A stretch of DNA of 64,000 nt from contig JBAZXG010000007.1 in assembly GCA_041660005.1 (NCBI GenBank), forward strand, positions 72 through 64,071, in the 5' to 3' direction. Each line of letters begins with the position of its first letter. Positions within the stretch are counted from its first letter, which is position 1. A program made the position numbers and the translations under genes. Shown here piece by piece: positions 49,404 to 59,389 of this stretch. Under the pieces are notes generated by a model. The model saw nothing but the letters and a program-made list of their open reading frames with translations. It did no database searches and had not been told where the DNA came from. Source of the DNA: Patescibacteria group bacterium (GTDB taxonomy: Bacteria > Patescibacteriota > Patescibacteriia > GWA2-46-9).

Positions 49404-50135
49404 ATGCAGCAAATAGAAATACGCACAAAGAGTGGTGAGGTATTATCCGGAAATTTGTTTGTTGCGGTTGAAAGTCAAAAACAGAAGACGCCGGGACTTT
49501 TACTTATTCACGGCTGGCAAAGTGGGCAAGACAGAATGTTCGAAACTGCGCAAATGTTTTCTGTTGAGTTGGGAGTGACCTGTTTGACGCTTGACCTTCG
49601 CGGTCACGGTAAAAGCGAGGGTTCTTTGAGCGTACTTTCGCGAAAAGATTTTCTTGACGATGTTACTGCTGGCTATGATTTTTTAGCTGAGCGACCCGAA
49701 GTTGATCCTGCGCAAATTGGAGTGTTGGGTTCAAGCTTTGGCGGATACCTTTCTGCGATATTAAGTTCAAAAAGACAAGTTGCGTGGCTGGTACTTCGGG
49801 TACCAACAGACTTTCAAGACGATACCTTTGAGATCGTTAAGACAAAAGCGCATGATCCGTCAGTCGCAGGTACCTGGCGTCAACAACCAAAAAATTGGGA
49901 AGCGACTCATGCACTCAGGGCGTTGCATATATTTACGGGCAGAGTCTTAATTGTGGCGTCGGGCAAAGACGAACTGGTACCCATAGAAACTGTTCTTAAC
50001 TATAAAAATGCGGTTAGTGGTGCAAAAAAGCTGCAGTATGTTGTTATGAAAGATGCGCCGCATAGTTTAACGCGACATCCGGAATTTGCAAAACAATTTA
50101 ACGAAATAGTTTACGAGTGGTATCAGCATCTATAA
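49404..50135 (+). CDS. Alpha/beta fold hydrolase
   Basis: LIHGW, DLRGHGKS, GSSFGG, D..V, H. Confidence 0.88.
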   Translation: MQQIEIRTKSGEVLSGNLFVAVESQKQKTPGLLLIHGWQSGQDRMFETAQMFSVELGVTCLTLDLRGHGKSEGSLSVLSRKDFLDDVTAGYDFLAERPEVDPAQIGVLGSSFGGYLSAILSSKRQVAWLVLRVPTDFQDDTFEIVKTKAHDPSVAGTWRQQPKNWEATHALRALHIFTGRVLIVASGKDELVPIETVLNYKNAVSGAKKLQYVVMKDAPHSLTRHPEFAKQFNEIVYEWYQHL

Positions 50136-50256
50136 GAGCACTCATCATGGTGTTTAGGTAAAGCATAGTAGAACCTAAACGAGGCTTTTTTCCTATTCGC
50201 TGTTATACTACTCTTTGCTGGTGTAGAAAGCCGCCATTATTTATAAGTAAGACGAT

Positions 50257-50571
50257 ATGAATTCCATAGAGTACTTGAGGCAGTTCCGCGTTGGTGAGTA
50301 CGCCATTTTCGACTTTGCTGTAGCATTTATTGGTGTTTATTTGCTGTCTCCGTTATTGTCCAGGATTTTTTTGAAAATCGGCATTGATATACCAAAACAA
50401 AATTGGCTGTACTTGACTTTGCCTATTGGTATTCTCGCTCATGTGCTTGTTGGAAGAATAACGCCGATGACGAGAGATTTTTTAGATACACACAATCATT
50501 ATGTTCTTAAAGCCGTCATTTTGGTTCTGTTGATCCTTGGGATCAAAGGCATAAAAATAGTAAAAAAATAA
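50257..50571 (+). CDS. Small membrane protein
   Basis: LRQFRVG.YAIFD, three hydrophobic segments. Confidence 0.7.
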   Translation: MNSIEYLRQFRVGEYAIFDFAVAFIGVYLLSPLLSRIFLKIGIDIPKQNWLYLTLPIGILAHVLVGRITPMTRDFLDTHNHYVLKAVILVLLILGIKGIKIVKK

Positions 50572-50717
50572 AAGGTTGTTTTTGTTCAGATGCGCCAAAT
50601 CCCTTATACTGCATATATCAAATAAACGTGCAGTAGGAGTTCGTGAAAATTGACTACTCTCACAAGGAAAACAGTTTGTTGGCATGAAAAGTAACGGTTT
50701 ATTAATGCAAAGACAGT

Positions 50718-51203
50718 ATGACAGAAAGAAAAGACGGTCGTCATAGACACGAGACGGAGGACTTACCCGAAAAGTTAGTTTATCTTATTGAGGCTCGTCG
50801 AAAGCAAAGAGTTGAAGAAGCTGAAGTCGTCCTCTCGGAGCTAAAAAGTAAAGAGGATATTCATCGTAAACAGCACGAGATTAAACACATCGCGGAAATG
50901 CAACCCGAGGAACTCCTGCCAGAGCTATTGAATAATTTTGACAATAAGTTGCCTGGTCGCTTAGCTCGAGATATGGCGGAGGGACTAAAAGACTTGAAGC
51001 CAGAATATTACGAACGTATGCAAGAATTATTTGGCACTCTTGATCAGGAGATTACATTGCTTACAAACGATGATTTGTTGCTCCTTGATAGAATTACCAA
51101 GCGAGATCCGTCCGTTGACCCAAAAGAGCAGCATCGAATTCTCGGTGCACTGTTTCTTAAAATGATTGAAGCGGGGTTTACCGTCCCCGAGTTAAGAACG
51201 TAA
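50718..51203 (+). CDS. Hypothetical helical protein
   Basis: 161-aa co-oriented ORF. Confidence 0.6.
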   Translation: MTERKDGRHRHETEDLPEKLVYLIEARRKQRVEEAEVVLSELKSKEDIHRKQHEIKHIAEMQPEELLPELLNNFDNKLPGRLARDMAEGLKDLKPEYYERMQELFGTLDQEITLLTNDDLLLLDRITKRDPSVDPKEQHRILGALFLKMIEAGFTVPELRT

Positions 51204-51328
51204 AATTTAGTCACTCATCGGCAGCATTGAGCGTTCAGAGTTGTTCAACCGTCCCGCGGTCAATCTTACAAGCCCACTAAGCCATAATTTTTTTACAATT
51301 TGCAATTAGTAAGCATTTTCCTTAATCT

Positions 51329-52681
51329 ATGCTGCTCACCGTTTTTTTCTTTGTTCTTTATATTTTGGGTGTTGTCATTATTGGTGTTGTTACGTCGCGA
51401 AGAGAAACAGAAGAAGGGTTCATGATTGCTGATCGTAAAGTGAGCGGGCTACAGTTGCCGGCTACCATGAGTGCCGGACTTTTTGACGGCGCCACTCTTT
51501 CAATGTTTATCGCCTACGTCTATCAATATGGTATTTCCGCATCGTGGCTCTTTGTCGGGTTCGCTGCAGGTTTTTTGTTTCTTAGGCGTTATCTGGCGCA
51601 TCGCATTAAGCAACAAGCAGATGCGTTTGGTGTTTACTCCATGCCTGAATATTTCTATAAAATTTTCGGGCGGCAGAGCGGGCTAATGTTTTCAGTGTTA
51701 CTGATTGTCCAATATTTCTTTTTGTTAGCGATTAACCTTATTATTGCCGGCAAGGTACTGCAGAGTACTTTTTCTTTGCCCTACACCTTATCAGTTGTTG
51801 CTGGTGGTTTAATAGTTCTTAGTTACCTTTTGCTTGCAGGTTTTAAGGCAGTAGTTAAGACCGATTTTTTTCAACTGTGCATAATGTTTATCATGAGTAT
51901 TGCGGTTGCTGGGTTTTTGGTTACAAAGACAAGTATTCCAGTTGCGGAATTTTCACCCTTTACTATCGGTTTTGGAAATATTCTAGGGTTTTTATTGATT
52001 GGAGCGATAAGTATCGTTGTTGCACCGGATCTGTGGCAACGTATTTTTTCTGCCAAAGACCAAATAGTTTTGCGACGAGGTCTCGGCTACGCTGCAATTA
52101 TTTTACCATTACTCGGCGCCATTATTTGTATTGTTGGTCTAGTCACCAAGCAGTTTTTTCCTGATATCGCGCCAGAGGATGCGTTCGTCATTGGTTTTTC
52201 AAAGCTTCTCCCTTATGGCCTTAAAGAGTTTGGTATGGTGCTTCTCTACGCAGTGGCGCTTTCTTCTTCAGATACTATTACGTTTGTCGTCTCCTCGATT
52301 GTTACGCGAGATCTTATTAACTATACGCAAAGATACAGTGACGAATCCATGAGAAAGTTGACTCGATTTTTTATGATTATGTTTGTAGTGTTTGCAACTT
52401 CTTTTGGTTTCATATATCAAAACATTATTACCATTGGTTTATCGCTCGGGAGTCTTGCCTTAGCTTTATTCCCGCCAATTATTGGTTCGTTTTATTGGCG
52501 GCTCGACGGTCGGGCGGTTGCATGGAGTCTTGGTCTTGCGGCGTTGAGCGTTCTCGCCCTCTTCTTTATAGGTGCACTTTCGCCACAGAATAGTGTTATA
52601 TCACTGCCCGTCTCTGCGATAACTCTTTTTGTTCTTCAGAAATTTTTTAAAAATAGTTCACGCTATATACTGTCTGTATGA
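51329..52681 (+). CDS. Sodium:solute symporter family protein
   Basis: GFMIADR, AGFKAVVKTDFFQ, PDLWQRIFSAK, ALSSSD. Confidence 0.88.
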   Translation: MLLTVFFFVLYILGVVIIGVVTSRRETEEGFMIADRKVSGLQLPATMSAGLFDGATLSMFIAYVYQYGISASWLFVGFAAGFLFLRRYLAHRIKQQADAFGVYSMPEYFYKIFGRQSGLMFSVLLIVQYFFLLAINLIIAGKVLQSTFSLPYTLSVVAGGLIVLSYLLLAGFKAVVKTDFFQLCIMFIMSIAVAGFLVTKTSIPVAEFSPFTIGFGNILGFLLIGAISIVVAPDLWQRIFSAKDQIVLRRGLGYAAIILPLLGAIICIVGLVTKQFFPDIAPEDAFVIGFSKLLPYGLKEFGMVLLYAVALSSSDTITFVVSSIVTRDLINYTQRYSDESMRKLTRFFMIMFVVFATSFGFIYQNIITIGLSLGSLALALFPPIIGSFYWRLDGRAVAWSLGLAALSVLALFFIGALSPQNSVISLPVSAITLFVLQKFFKNSSRYILSV

Positions 52682-53610
52682 CAAAAAAACTTACCCTAAC
52701 AACGATTGCTCTCCTTTGTTTTGCAACAGGTTTATATTTATGGTTCGTTGTATTGCGTCCAGTAACACCGGAAAGCGTCTCTGATTATTCGAATGTTCCT
52801 GTAATTTCGGCAACGTACCTGTGTAACGAAGAAAAAAACATTGCTGCTTTTTTCTATGCCGATACAAGTACGTCGACGAAAAGTTTGGACAAGACCCAAG
52901 CATCGGGCGGTACTGTTCGTGTGCGGTTGAACGATGGGCGTACGCTTACTTTATCGCGGGTAGCTACTGCTGATGTTGCCCGTTATGTTAATAGTGATGA
53001 GTCGTTCATTTTCATAAAGAACGGAAACGGAGCTGTTGTCACGGAGAACAACAAGCAAACCTATACGGGCTGTGTTTTGACACTCGACGATCCAGGCAAC
53101 CTTCCGCGCGTTTACGCAAACGGCGCGGATGGCATTTCAATTCGGTATCCGGAGGATTATAGTTTAAATGCTGACTATAGTTACCAGGAACTTGGTTCAG
53201 GTAAAGAAATTAAAGGTGTTTCGTTCCCGATTTCGTCCTCGATAGCCGCAGGAACAAATCTCTCTGACGACTCTTACTTGAGCGTTGAAGTACTACCCAC
53301 GGGAACGAGCTGCACTGCCGCACTTTTTTTGGATGAGCGCGGACAGGGGATCAATGTGCGTAGCGTCACCGAAAACAGCGTTACGTATTCGGAGGCGACG
53401 AGTAGTGGTGCTGCGGCGGGTAATCGTTATGACGAAACCGTTTATGCTTTGTCGAGTACAAACCCTTGCATTGCTGTTCGCTATTTTATCCATTCGACGG
53501 TGCTTGAAAACTATCCGCCGGGTGTCGTTAAGCAATTTGATCGAGAGGCACTACTGCAGCAATTCGACGCCATGCGCCGTACGCTTGTTGTGGCTCAATC
53601 ATCAAGTTAG
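52678..53610 (+). CDS. Membrane-anchored protein with a MliC-like domain
   Basis: TYLC...LNDGRTLTL....ADVARYVN.DESF.F..NG..A..E.....YTGC. Confidence 0.6.
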   Translation: MTKKLTLTTIALLCFATGLYLWFVVLRPVTPESVSDYSNVPVISATYLCNEEKNIAAFFYADTSTSTKSLDKTQASGGTVRVRLNDGRTLTLSRVATADVARYVNSDESFIFIKNGNGAVVTENNKQTYTGCVLTLDDPGNLPRVYANGADGISIRYPEDYSLNADYSYQELGSGKEIKGVSFPISSSIAAGTNLSDDSYLSVEVLPTGTSCTAALFLDERGQGINVRSVTENSVTYSEATSSGAAAGNRYDETVYALSSTNPCIAVRYFIHSTVLENYPPGVVKQFDREALLQQFDAMRRTLVVAQSSS

Positions 53611-53635
53611 AGGCACAAGAAGAGGGTACTCACGT

Positions 53636-54133
53636 ATGGCTAAATACAAAGCAACAACAAACGAGGGTGTGTGTATTTTTTGCGATATTGCATCTGGTCG
53701 AGGTGACCAAGACCTCGTTTTTTGGGAGACTGATGCCTTTATGGCTTTTTTATCGATTGATCCAAATACGAATGGTTTTTCTTGCGTGATACCGAAAAAA
53801 CATTTTGGCAGTGACGTATTTTCCATGCCAGAACTTACGTTGCAGGAATTTATCGTTGCCGCTAAAGACGCTGCCAATGTTTTGCTGCACTACTTTGACG
53901 ATGTCGGTAGAGTAGGTATGATTACCGAAGGAACAGGTATTGATCATGCGCACATTAAGTTAGTGCCTATGCACGGTACGGAACACTTGAAGCACGGTGA
54001 ATGGCGTCAGTTCCATAGTAATAAAATTTTTTGGTTTGACCAGTATGAAGGATGGATCTGTTCTGGAGGTGGACCAATGGCAAATAGGGGTGCGCTTAGG
54101 GAACTTGCTCAGCAGATTAAATCGGTACGTTGA
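53636..54133 (+). CDS. HIT family hydrolase
   Basis: CIFCDI, AFLSIDP, IDHAHIKLVP. Confidence 0.85.
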   Translation: MAKYKATTNEGVCIFCDIASGRGDQDLVFWETDAFMAFLSIDPNTNGFSCVIPKKHFGSDVFSMPELTLQEFIVAAKDAANVLLHYFDDVGRVGMITEGTGIDHAHIKLVPMHGTEHLKHGEWRQFHSNKIFWFDQYEGWICSGGGPMANRGALRELAQQIKSVR

Positions 54134-54143
54134 TATACGATCT

Positions 54144-54755
54144 ATGAAAGACATAGAAGTTGAAATTCGGGGGCCACTTTCAGCAGAAAGGTACGCTAAG
54201 GCGCGCTCATTTTTTGATGCGAACGCAAAAAAGTTGACCGAAAAAAATAGAATTTTGATTGATTATTCTACCTTTCTTCCGGGCGGCGTTAAGGAGAGAA
54301 CGACCGATATTCGTTTGAGGATTACTAATGGGATCCCTGAAATAATCGTGAAGGTAGGTGCATGGGGCGGCACTGAACAGCGCAGAGAGCTTTCCGTTAC
54401 GACACCACCAGGCACTTTCGATACACTGACAGAAATTTTTGCTTCTCTCGGTTATACCAAAGGCATATTGTGCGTGCGTCAGAGCCATGTGTATGAGTAC
54501 AGGGGCATAGAATTTGCTCTCGTGGAAGTGCCGGGTCACAGCTTTTATTACGAGGCGGAAAAAATGGCTCACGCCGACGAAGACGGTGACGCCTTAACAA
54601 GGGAAATCATGACCGTATGTGCGGAACTTGATTTGCCGGTGTTTGATAAAGAAGAATTTTTTGCTTACGTAGAAAAACTCAATAACGAGGCCAATGAAGT
54701 ATTTGATGCAGCAGTAGAAAAACCGAACTATTTTAAAGAACGGTTTTCTCTATAG
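54144..54755 (+). CDS. CYTH domain protein
   Basis: IEVEIR N-terminus, IRLR, RRE, YEAE. Confidence 0.8.
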   Translation: MKDIEVEIRGPLSAERYAKARSFFDANAKKLTEKNRILIDYSTFLPGGVKERTTDIRLRITNGIPEIIVKVGAWGGTEQRRELSVTTPPGTFDTLTEIFASLGYTKGILCVRQSHVYEYRGIEFALVEVPGHSFYYEAEKMAHADEDGDALTREIMTVCAELDLPVFDKEEFFAYVEKLNNEANEVFDAAVEKPNYFKERFSL

Positions 54756-54815
54756 TATTTCTCTGGTCAGCATTGTGAAAATCCTTTAAAATAATTTCTA
54801 AATAACAACATAACT

Positions 54816-55337
54816 ATGCAAGGAATTAGTCTCATTGGTATGCCTTATTCGGGAAAATCGGCCGTTGGTAAACGAGTTGCCGCCTTTATTGGCTGGCAAT
54901 ATGTTGATTTAGATCTCTATATAAAAGAACGCGATCATCTTTCGGTTGGAGAAATTACTAACGCGCATGGTGGGCAGCGGTTAGTGGATGTGGAAGGGAA
55001 CTACTTGCTTGCGTTTCCAACATTTGAAAATACCGTGTTCGCTCCCGGGGGGAGTATGGTCTACAACGAAAAGGCGATGGAGCGCCTCAAGAAAGAAACC
55101 ACGGTTGTTTATATAGACACGCCGTTGTCTGTTCTCGAAGAGCGTGCCAGCAGAGACGACATTAGCATGCGCGGGATTGTTGGTTTAGACGAGGAAGGTT
55201 TAGCTGGCGTGCTCAGAAAACGGCAGCCTTTATTTGAAAAATTTGCTGATTACACCTGTGTCTGGCCGTGGAAAGACGCCGACGCGCTGGCACTCCGTAT
55301 TATTACGGATTTAAAACTGGAGAATGCAGTTTCATAG
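54816..55337 (+). CDS. Shikimate-kinase-like protein (possibly homoserine kinase)
   Basis: IGMPYSGKS, DLD, APGGSMVY, R.PLFEKFAD; overlaps thrC. Confidence 0.8.
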   Translation: MQGISLIGMPYSGKSAVGKRVAAFIGWQYVDLDLYIKERDHLSVGEITNAHGGQRLVDVEGNYLLAFPTFENTVFAPGGSMVYNEKAMERLKKETTVVYIDTPLSVLEERASRDDISMRGIVGLDEEGLAGVLRKRQPLFEKFADYTCVWPWKDADALALRIITDLKLENAVS

Positions 55338-56619
55338 TACGCGCGGCGGCGTGAAAACTGCCAGTTTAGCGCGTGCAATTATTGAAGGTTTGGCGGTTGA
55401 CGGTGGTCTGTATCTTCCGAACCGCGTCCCAAAGTTGAACAAACGTTTTGTAGCTAACTTGCAGAAGAAAGATTTTCAGCAAATCGCAGTAGAAACATTG
55501 CAGCCGTTCATGTCGGAGGTTCCGGCGGCGAAATTGCGTCGCATGTCCGCTGACGCATTTAATTTTTCTGTTCCACTGAAGCGAATCGACGACAGTCTTT
55601 ATGTGCTTGAACTTTTTCATGGGCCGACGCTGTCATTTAAAGATTTTGGCGCTCGATTTTTAGCCAGACTCTTGCAACTCTTCCTTGAAGAGAAGAAAGA
55701 AAAAGCAAAAATAATCGTGGCAACCTCTGGAGACACCGGTAGCGCTGTTGCCAGCGGCTTTTTGGGAATGCCGAATATTCAGGTATTTGTACTCTACCCA
55801 AAGGGACGCATCAGTAAACTACAAGAGCAACAGATTACAACGTACGGCCAAAATATCACGGCACTTGAAGTGCAAGGTAAGTTTGACGATTGCCAACGAC
55901 TCGCCAAAGAAGCTCTGTCCATCGGCAAAAGCCATGACGGCGTGCATTTATCTTCGGCAAATTCGATTAACATTGGTCGATTGTTGCCGCAGTCGCTCTA
56001 CTACCTGTATGCCATTGCGGAACTTCGGCGACAAGGAGTGAGTCGGGCGCCGAGGTTTATTGTACCGAGCGGTAACTTTGGCAATTTAACAGCCGGGCTT
56101 TTGGCAAAAAAAATGGGTGCGCAAATTTCCGGTTTTGTTGCCGCTACGAACATGAACGATATTGTGCCGATTTATCTCAGAACAGGACGTTTTAAACCAA
56201 GAGCGTCAAAATCAACTCTCTCAAACGCTATGGATGTAGGGGATCCAAGTAATTTTGCGCGCATGCTTGAGCTCTATGACGGACGACAAGATAAAATGGC
56301 GCGCGATATCACCGGCTTTGCAACAAGCGACAAAGAAACGATGGCAACGATTACTGATACTTATCGTCGTTACAAATATGTCGTTGATCCTCATACCGCC
56401 GTAGGCATTACTGCTGCCAGAAAGTATCGGCAGCAACATCCTTGTAATGAGCCAATGATTGTGCTCTCCACTGCGCACCCGGCAAAGTTTAAAACAATTG
56501 TTGAACGTGCCATTCAGAAAAAAATTTCTCTACCACGGGAATTGGCGGCAGTTGTTGAAAGAAAAAAGAAAACAGTGCTCGTCCGTGCTAAAATCGATGA
56601 TGTCATGCGGGTTCTCTAA
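55324..56619 (+). CDS. thrC: Threonine synthase
   Basis: ELFHGPTLSFKD, ATSGDTG, SANSINIGRL, PSGNFGN, TAHPAKF. Confidence 0.95.
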   Translation: MQFHSTRGGVKTASLARAIIEGLAVDGGLYLPNRVPKLNKRFVANLQKKDFQQIAVETLQPFMSEVPAAKLRRMSADAFNFSVPLKRIDDSLYVLELFHGPTLSFKDFGARFLARLLQLFLEEKKEKAKIIVATSGDTGSAVASGFLGMPNIQVFVLYPKGRISKLQEQQITTYGQNITALEVQGKFDDCQRLAKEALSIGKSHDGVHLSSANSINIGRLLPQSLYYLYAIAELRRQGVSRAPRFIVPSGNFGNLTAGLLAKKMGAQISGFVAATNMNDIVPIYLRTGRFKPRASKSTLSNAMDVGDPSNFARMLELYDGRQDKMARDITGFATSDKETMATITDTYRRYKYVVDPHTAVGITAARKYRQQHPCNEPMIVLSTAHPAKFKTIVERAIQKKISLPRELAAVVERKKKTVLVRAKIDDVMRVL

Positions 56620-56647
56620 GTATGTTTCTTTCGTGTATACTGATGTT

Positions 56648-57238
56648 ATGCCACAAAGTAGAGATATAGAATTTTTGTATGAAATAGGATCGCTCAACAA
56701 CGTTGATCGCAGTTGGCGTCAACACTTAGCCATGAAGTGCGCGACCGTTCCAGAGCACACCATGCGCGTTATTTGGCTGGCGCTTCTTATCGCCAGACAA
56801 GAAACAGGAGCAGACGAGGACCTTATTATTAAAATGGCGATGGTGCACGACATTGCCGAAACTCGCGTTTCAGATTTAAGTTATATACAAAAGGTATATG
56901 TTACACCCGACGAAAATCGCGCGGTGAGCGACCTCTTCGCAGGTACGGTTTTTGGTGACTTTGAAAATATTTTAAAAAAGTATGATGCGCGGGATAGTTT
57001 GGAAGCAAAAATAGTGAAGGACGCTGACAATCTTGACGTCGAAATAGAACTTAAAGAGTTAGAAGAACGTGGCTCAAAACTTTCTCAAAAGTGGGCAGCG
57101 ACTCGGCGTATTGTGCGCGACAAAAAACTTTATACTGATTCTGCACGTACCATTTGGGACGAACTACAAACGAGCGATCCGGCAGACTGGCATCTGACGA
57201 GCAACAAGTGGTATAAAATGCCGGATACGGGGAGATAA
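56648..57238 (+). CDS. HD domain hydrolase
   Basis: R.W...EHT.RV, MVHDIAE.R.SD, EAKIVKDAD. Confidence 0.88.
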   Translation: MPQSRDIEFLYEIGSLNNVDRSWRQHLAMKCATVPEHTMRVIWLALLIARQETGADEDLIIKMAMVHDIAETRVSDLSYIQKVYVTPDENRAVSDLFAGTVFGDFENILKKYDARDSLEAKIVKDADNLDVEIELKELEERGSKLSQKWAATRRIVRDKKLYTDSARTIWDELQTSDPADWHLTSNKWYKMPDTGR

Positions 57239-57328
57239 ACGGAAGACTTTCGGTGTTCTGAAGTGAGTTATTGCGGTGTCTAGTGCTGCACCCTTTTCAA
57301 GCCGTTAAAAGCAGGTTACTATGCGCAA

Positions 57329-58627
57329 ATGGTAAAGCGATTATTGACCCTGCGTAAGGATATCGCCGCCCAATTCACTGTTGGGTGGTTTTTAGCATTA
57401 CGCCAAATTCGTCGATCCAGCCGGTGGACAACTGGACTCATCGTTTTCATCATGGTTTTGACCTATCTCAACCTCGTGGTAGTGTCGGGTCTCCTTGTGG
57501 GTTTAATTGCCGGATCATTTGCTCAGTTTCAAGACAAGTATGCCGGTCAGGTGCTGGTAACGCCGGTTACAGGGTATGGCTACATTGATAACTCATCTGC
57601 GCTCATCAGCTTTTTAGAACACCACCCTCAGGTAATTGCTCTGAGTGCTCGACATACCATGGCGGCTTCGGTGCTCGGAACACTGGACGACCTGCCAAAG
57701 AAAAACAAAGAGGCAAATAAGGTTGCCGCGCAGGTCGTCGGCATTGACATCGCGCACGAAGAAGCGGTAACCGGATTTTCGGAGTCCGTCATTAAAGGGT
57801 CAATGCTGCAAGAGGGAGAGGAGGGCTACATTGTTATCGGTCAGAATTTACTCAGACACTACTCGTCGTTTGCCGATGCTGATATACCAGGGTTGACCTT
57901 GCTCGACAATGTTGACGTGGGTGATCGCGTAAAAGTTTCCATGAAGACCGAGACAGGAGTAACCAGCAAAAGTTTCCTTGTTAAGGGTATTGTGAAAAGT
58001 AAAGTGGACCAAATTTCCACCCGCATGTTTATAAATGATAATGAGCTGAAGCAGATGCTCTTAATTAATCAGGAGCTGTATCAGGAAATTGCCATTCGAA
58101 CACCGCACGCTTATGCGCCGTCACTCGTTCGCGAGATCGAGCAATTCCAAGGCTCAAACGAGACTCGTGTGCAGACAGCAGAAGATGCCGTCCCGTCTTT
58201 TTTACGTGATGTTGAAACAACCTTTAATATTTTAGGTAATGCGCTCTCTTCAATTGCGCTCGTGGTGGCGTCCATAACTATTTTTATCGTCATTTTTATT
58301 AACGCGGTTACCAAGCGGAAATTTATCGGCATCATGAAGGGGATTGGTGTTGCACCACGCGCTATTCAGATTTCCTACATTTTGCAAGCGCTATTTTACG
58401 GAATCATTGGGTCGTTTATTGGACTCATCCTGACCTTTGGTGTTTTGAAGCCGTACTTTGCGGCGCATCCCATTGATTTTCCATTTTCCGACGGCATTCT
58501 TGTAGCAACGCCGGAAAGTGCAGCAGTGCGCGTGCTCATCTTGCTGGTAGTAACGCTACTGGCTGGAATGATACCGGCACGAATGATTGTGCGTAAGAAT
58601 ACGCTCGATTCAATTTTAGGCCGCTAG
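57329..58627 (+). CDS. ABC transporter permease (FtsX/MacB-like)
   Basis: N-terminal TM, large extracellular loop, IGIMKGIG, PAR...SILG. Confidence 0.88.
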   Translation: MVKRLLTLRKDIAAQFTVGWFLALRQIRRSSRWTTGLIVFIMVLTYLNLVVVSGLLVGLIAGSFAQFQDKYAGQVLVTPVTGYGYIDNSSALISFLEHHPQVIALSARHTMAASVLGTLDDLPKKNKEANKVAAQVVGIDIAHEEAVTGFSESVIKGSMLQEGEEGYIVIGQNLLRHYSSFADADIPGLTLLDNVDVGDRVKVSMKTETGVTSKSFLVKGIVKSKVDQISTRMFINDNELKQMLLINQELYQEIAIRTPHAYAPSLVREIEQFQGSNETRVQTAEDAVPSFLRDVETTFNILGNALSSIALVVASITIFIVIFINAVTKRKFIGIMKGIGVAPRAIQISYILQALFYGIIGSFIGLILTFGVLKPYFAAHPIDFPFSDGILVATPESAAVRVLILLVVTLLAGMIPARMIVRKNTLDSILGR

Positions 58628-58628
58628 T

Positions 58629-59303
58629 ATGTTGAAAACAGAAAATCTTATCAAAGCGTATGGTGAAGGGGAGCTTCGGCTCGTAGTCTTGAAATCACTC
58701 AACCTTGAAATCCAGGACGGTGAGTTTGTGGCGATTGTCGGGCCGTCCGGCGCCGGTAAGTCAACGCTTCTTTATCAGCTGTCACTTTTGGATGAGCCGA
58801 CAAACGGTGAGGTTTATTTTAATAATGCACGGACGTCAGAAACCAACCAAACACAAAAGACTTCTTTGCGGCTTCGACAGATGGGGTTTGTGTTTCAAGA
58901 TTACGCGCTATTGCCAGAACTTACTGCCGTAGAAAACGTGGCGTTGCCTCTGCTCATGCAAGGGTTGAAACTTAAGCCAGCAACAACAGAAGCACAGGCG
59001 TCGTTGGAACGTGTTGGACTTGGCCATAAGACGCACAATATGCCGAGTCAGCTCTCTGGCGGCCAGCAACAGCGCGTGTCGATTGCTCGGGCAATCGTGC
59101 ATCATCCACGAGTGCTCTTTGCAGATGAACCAACGGCTAACCTCGATACTGCAAGTTCGCGCAAGGTGATGGAGGCATTTATTTCTTTGAATCACGAAGG
59201 ACAGACGATTGTAATGGTAACGCACGAAGAAGAGTATGCACTGAACGCCAAACGTATTATTACACTGAAAGATGGTGAAGTCGTATCAGACGAACGGCGG
59301 TAG
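58629..59303 (+). CDS. ABC transporter ATP-binding protein (LolD-like)
   Basis: GPSGAGKS, LSGGQQQRV, ADEPT, VTH. Confidence 0.95.
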   Translation: MLKTENLIKAYGEGELRLVVLKSLNLEIQDGEFVAIVGPSGAGKSTLLYQLSLLDEPTNGEVYFNNARTSETNQTQKTSLRLRQMGFVFQDYALLPELTAVENVALPLLMQGLKLKPATTEAQASLERVGLGHKTHNMPSQLSGGQQQRVSIARAIVHHPRVLFADEPTANLDTASSRKVMEAFISLNHEGQTIVMVTHEEEYALNAKRIITLKDGEVVSDERR

Positions 59304-59389
59304 TTGCACCTTTCGGAAGCGATGAGTCGCACCTCTTTCCTGTCTGTGTTCACTTTGCTATGATAGCCACGTTCTCTTAACCAAACACT

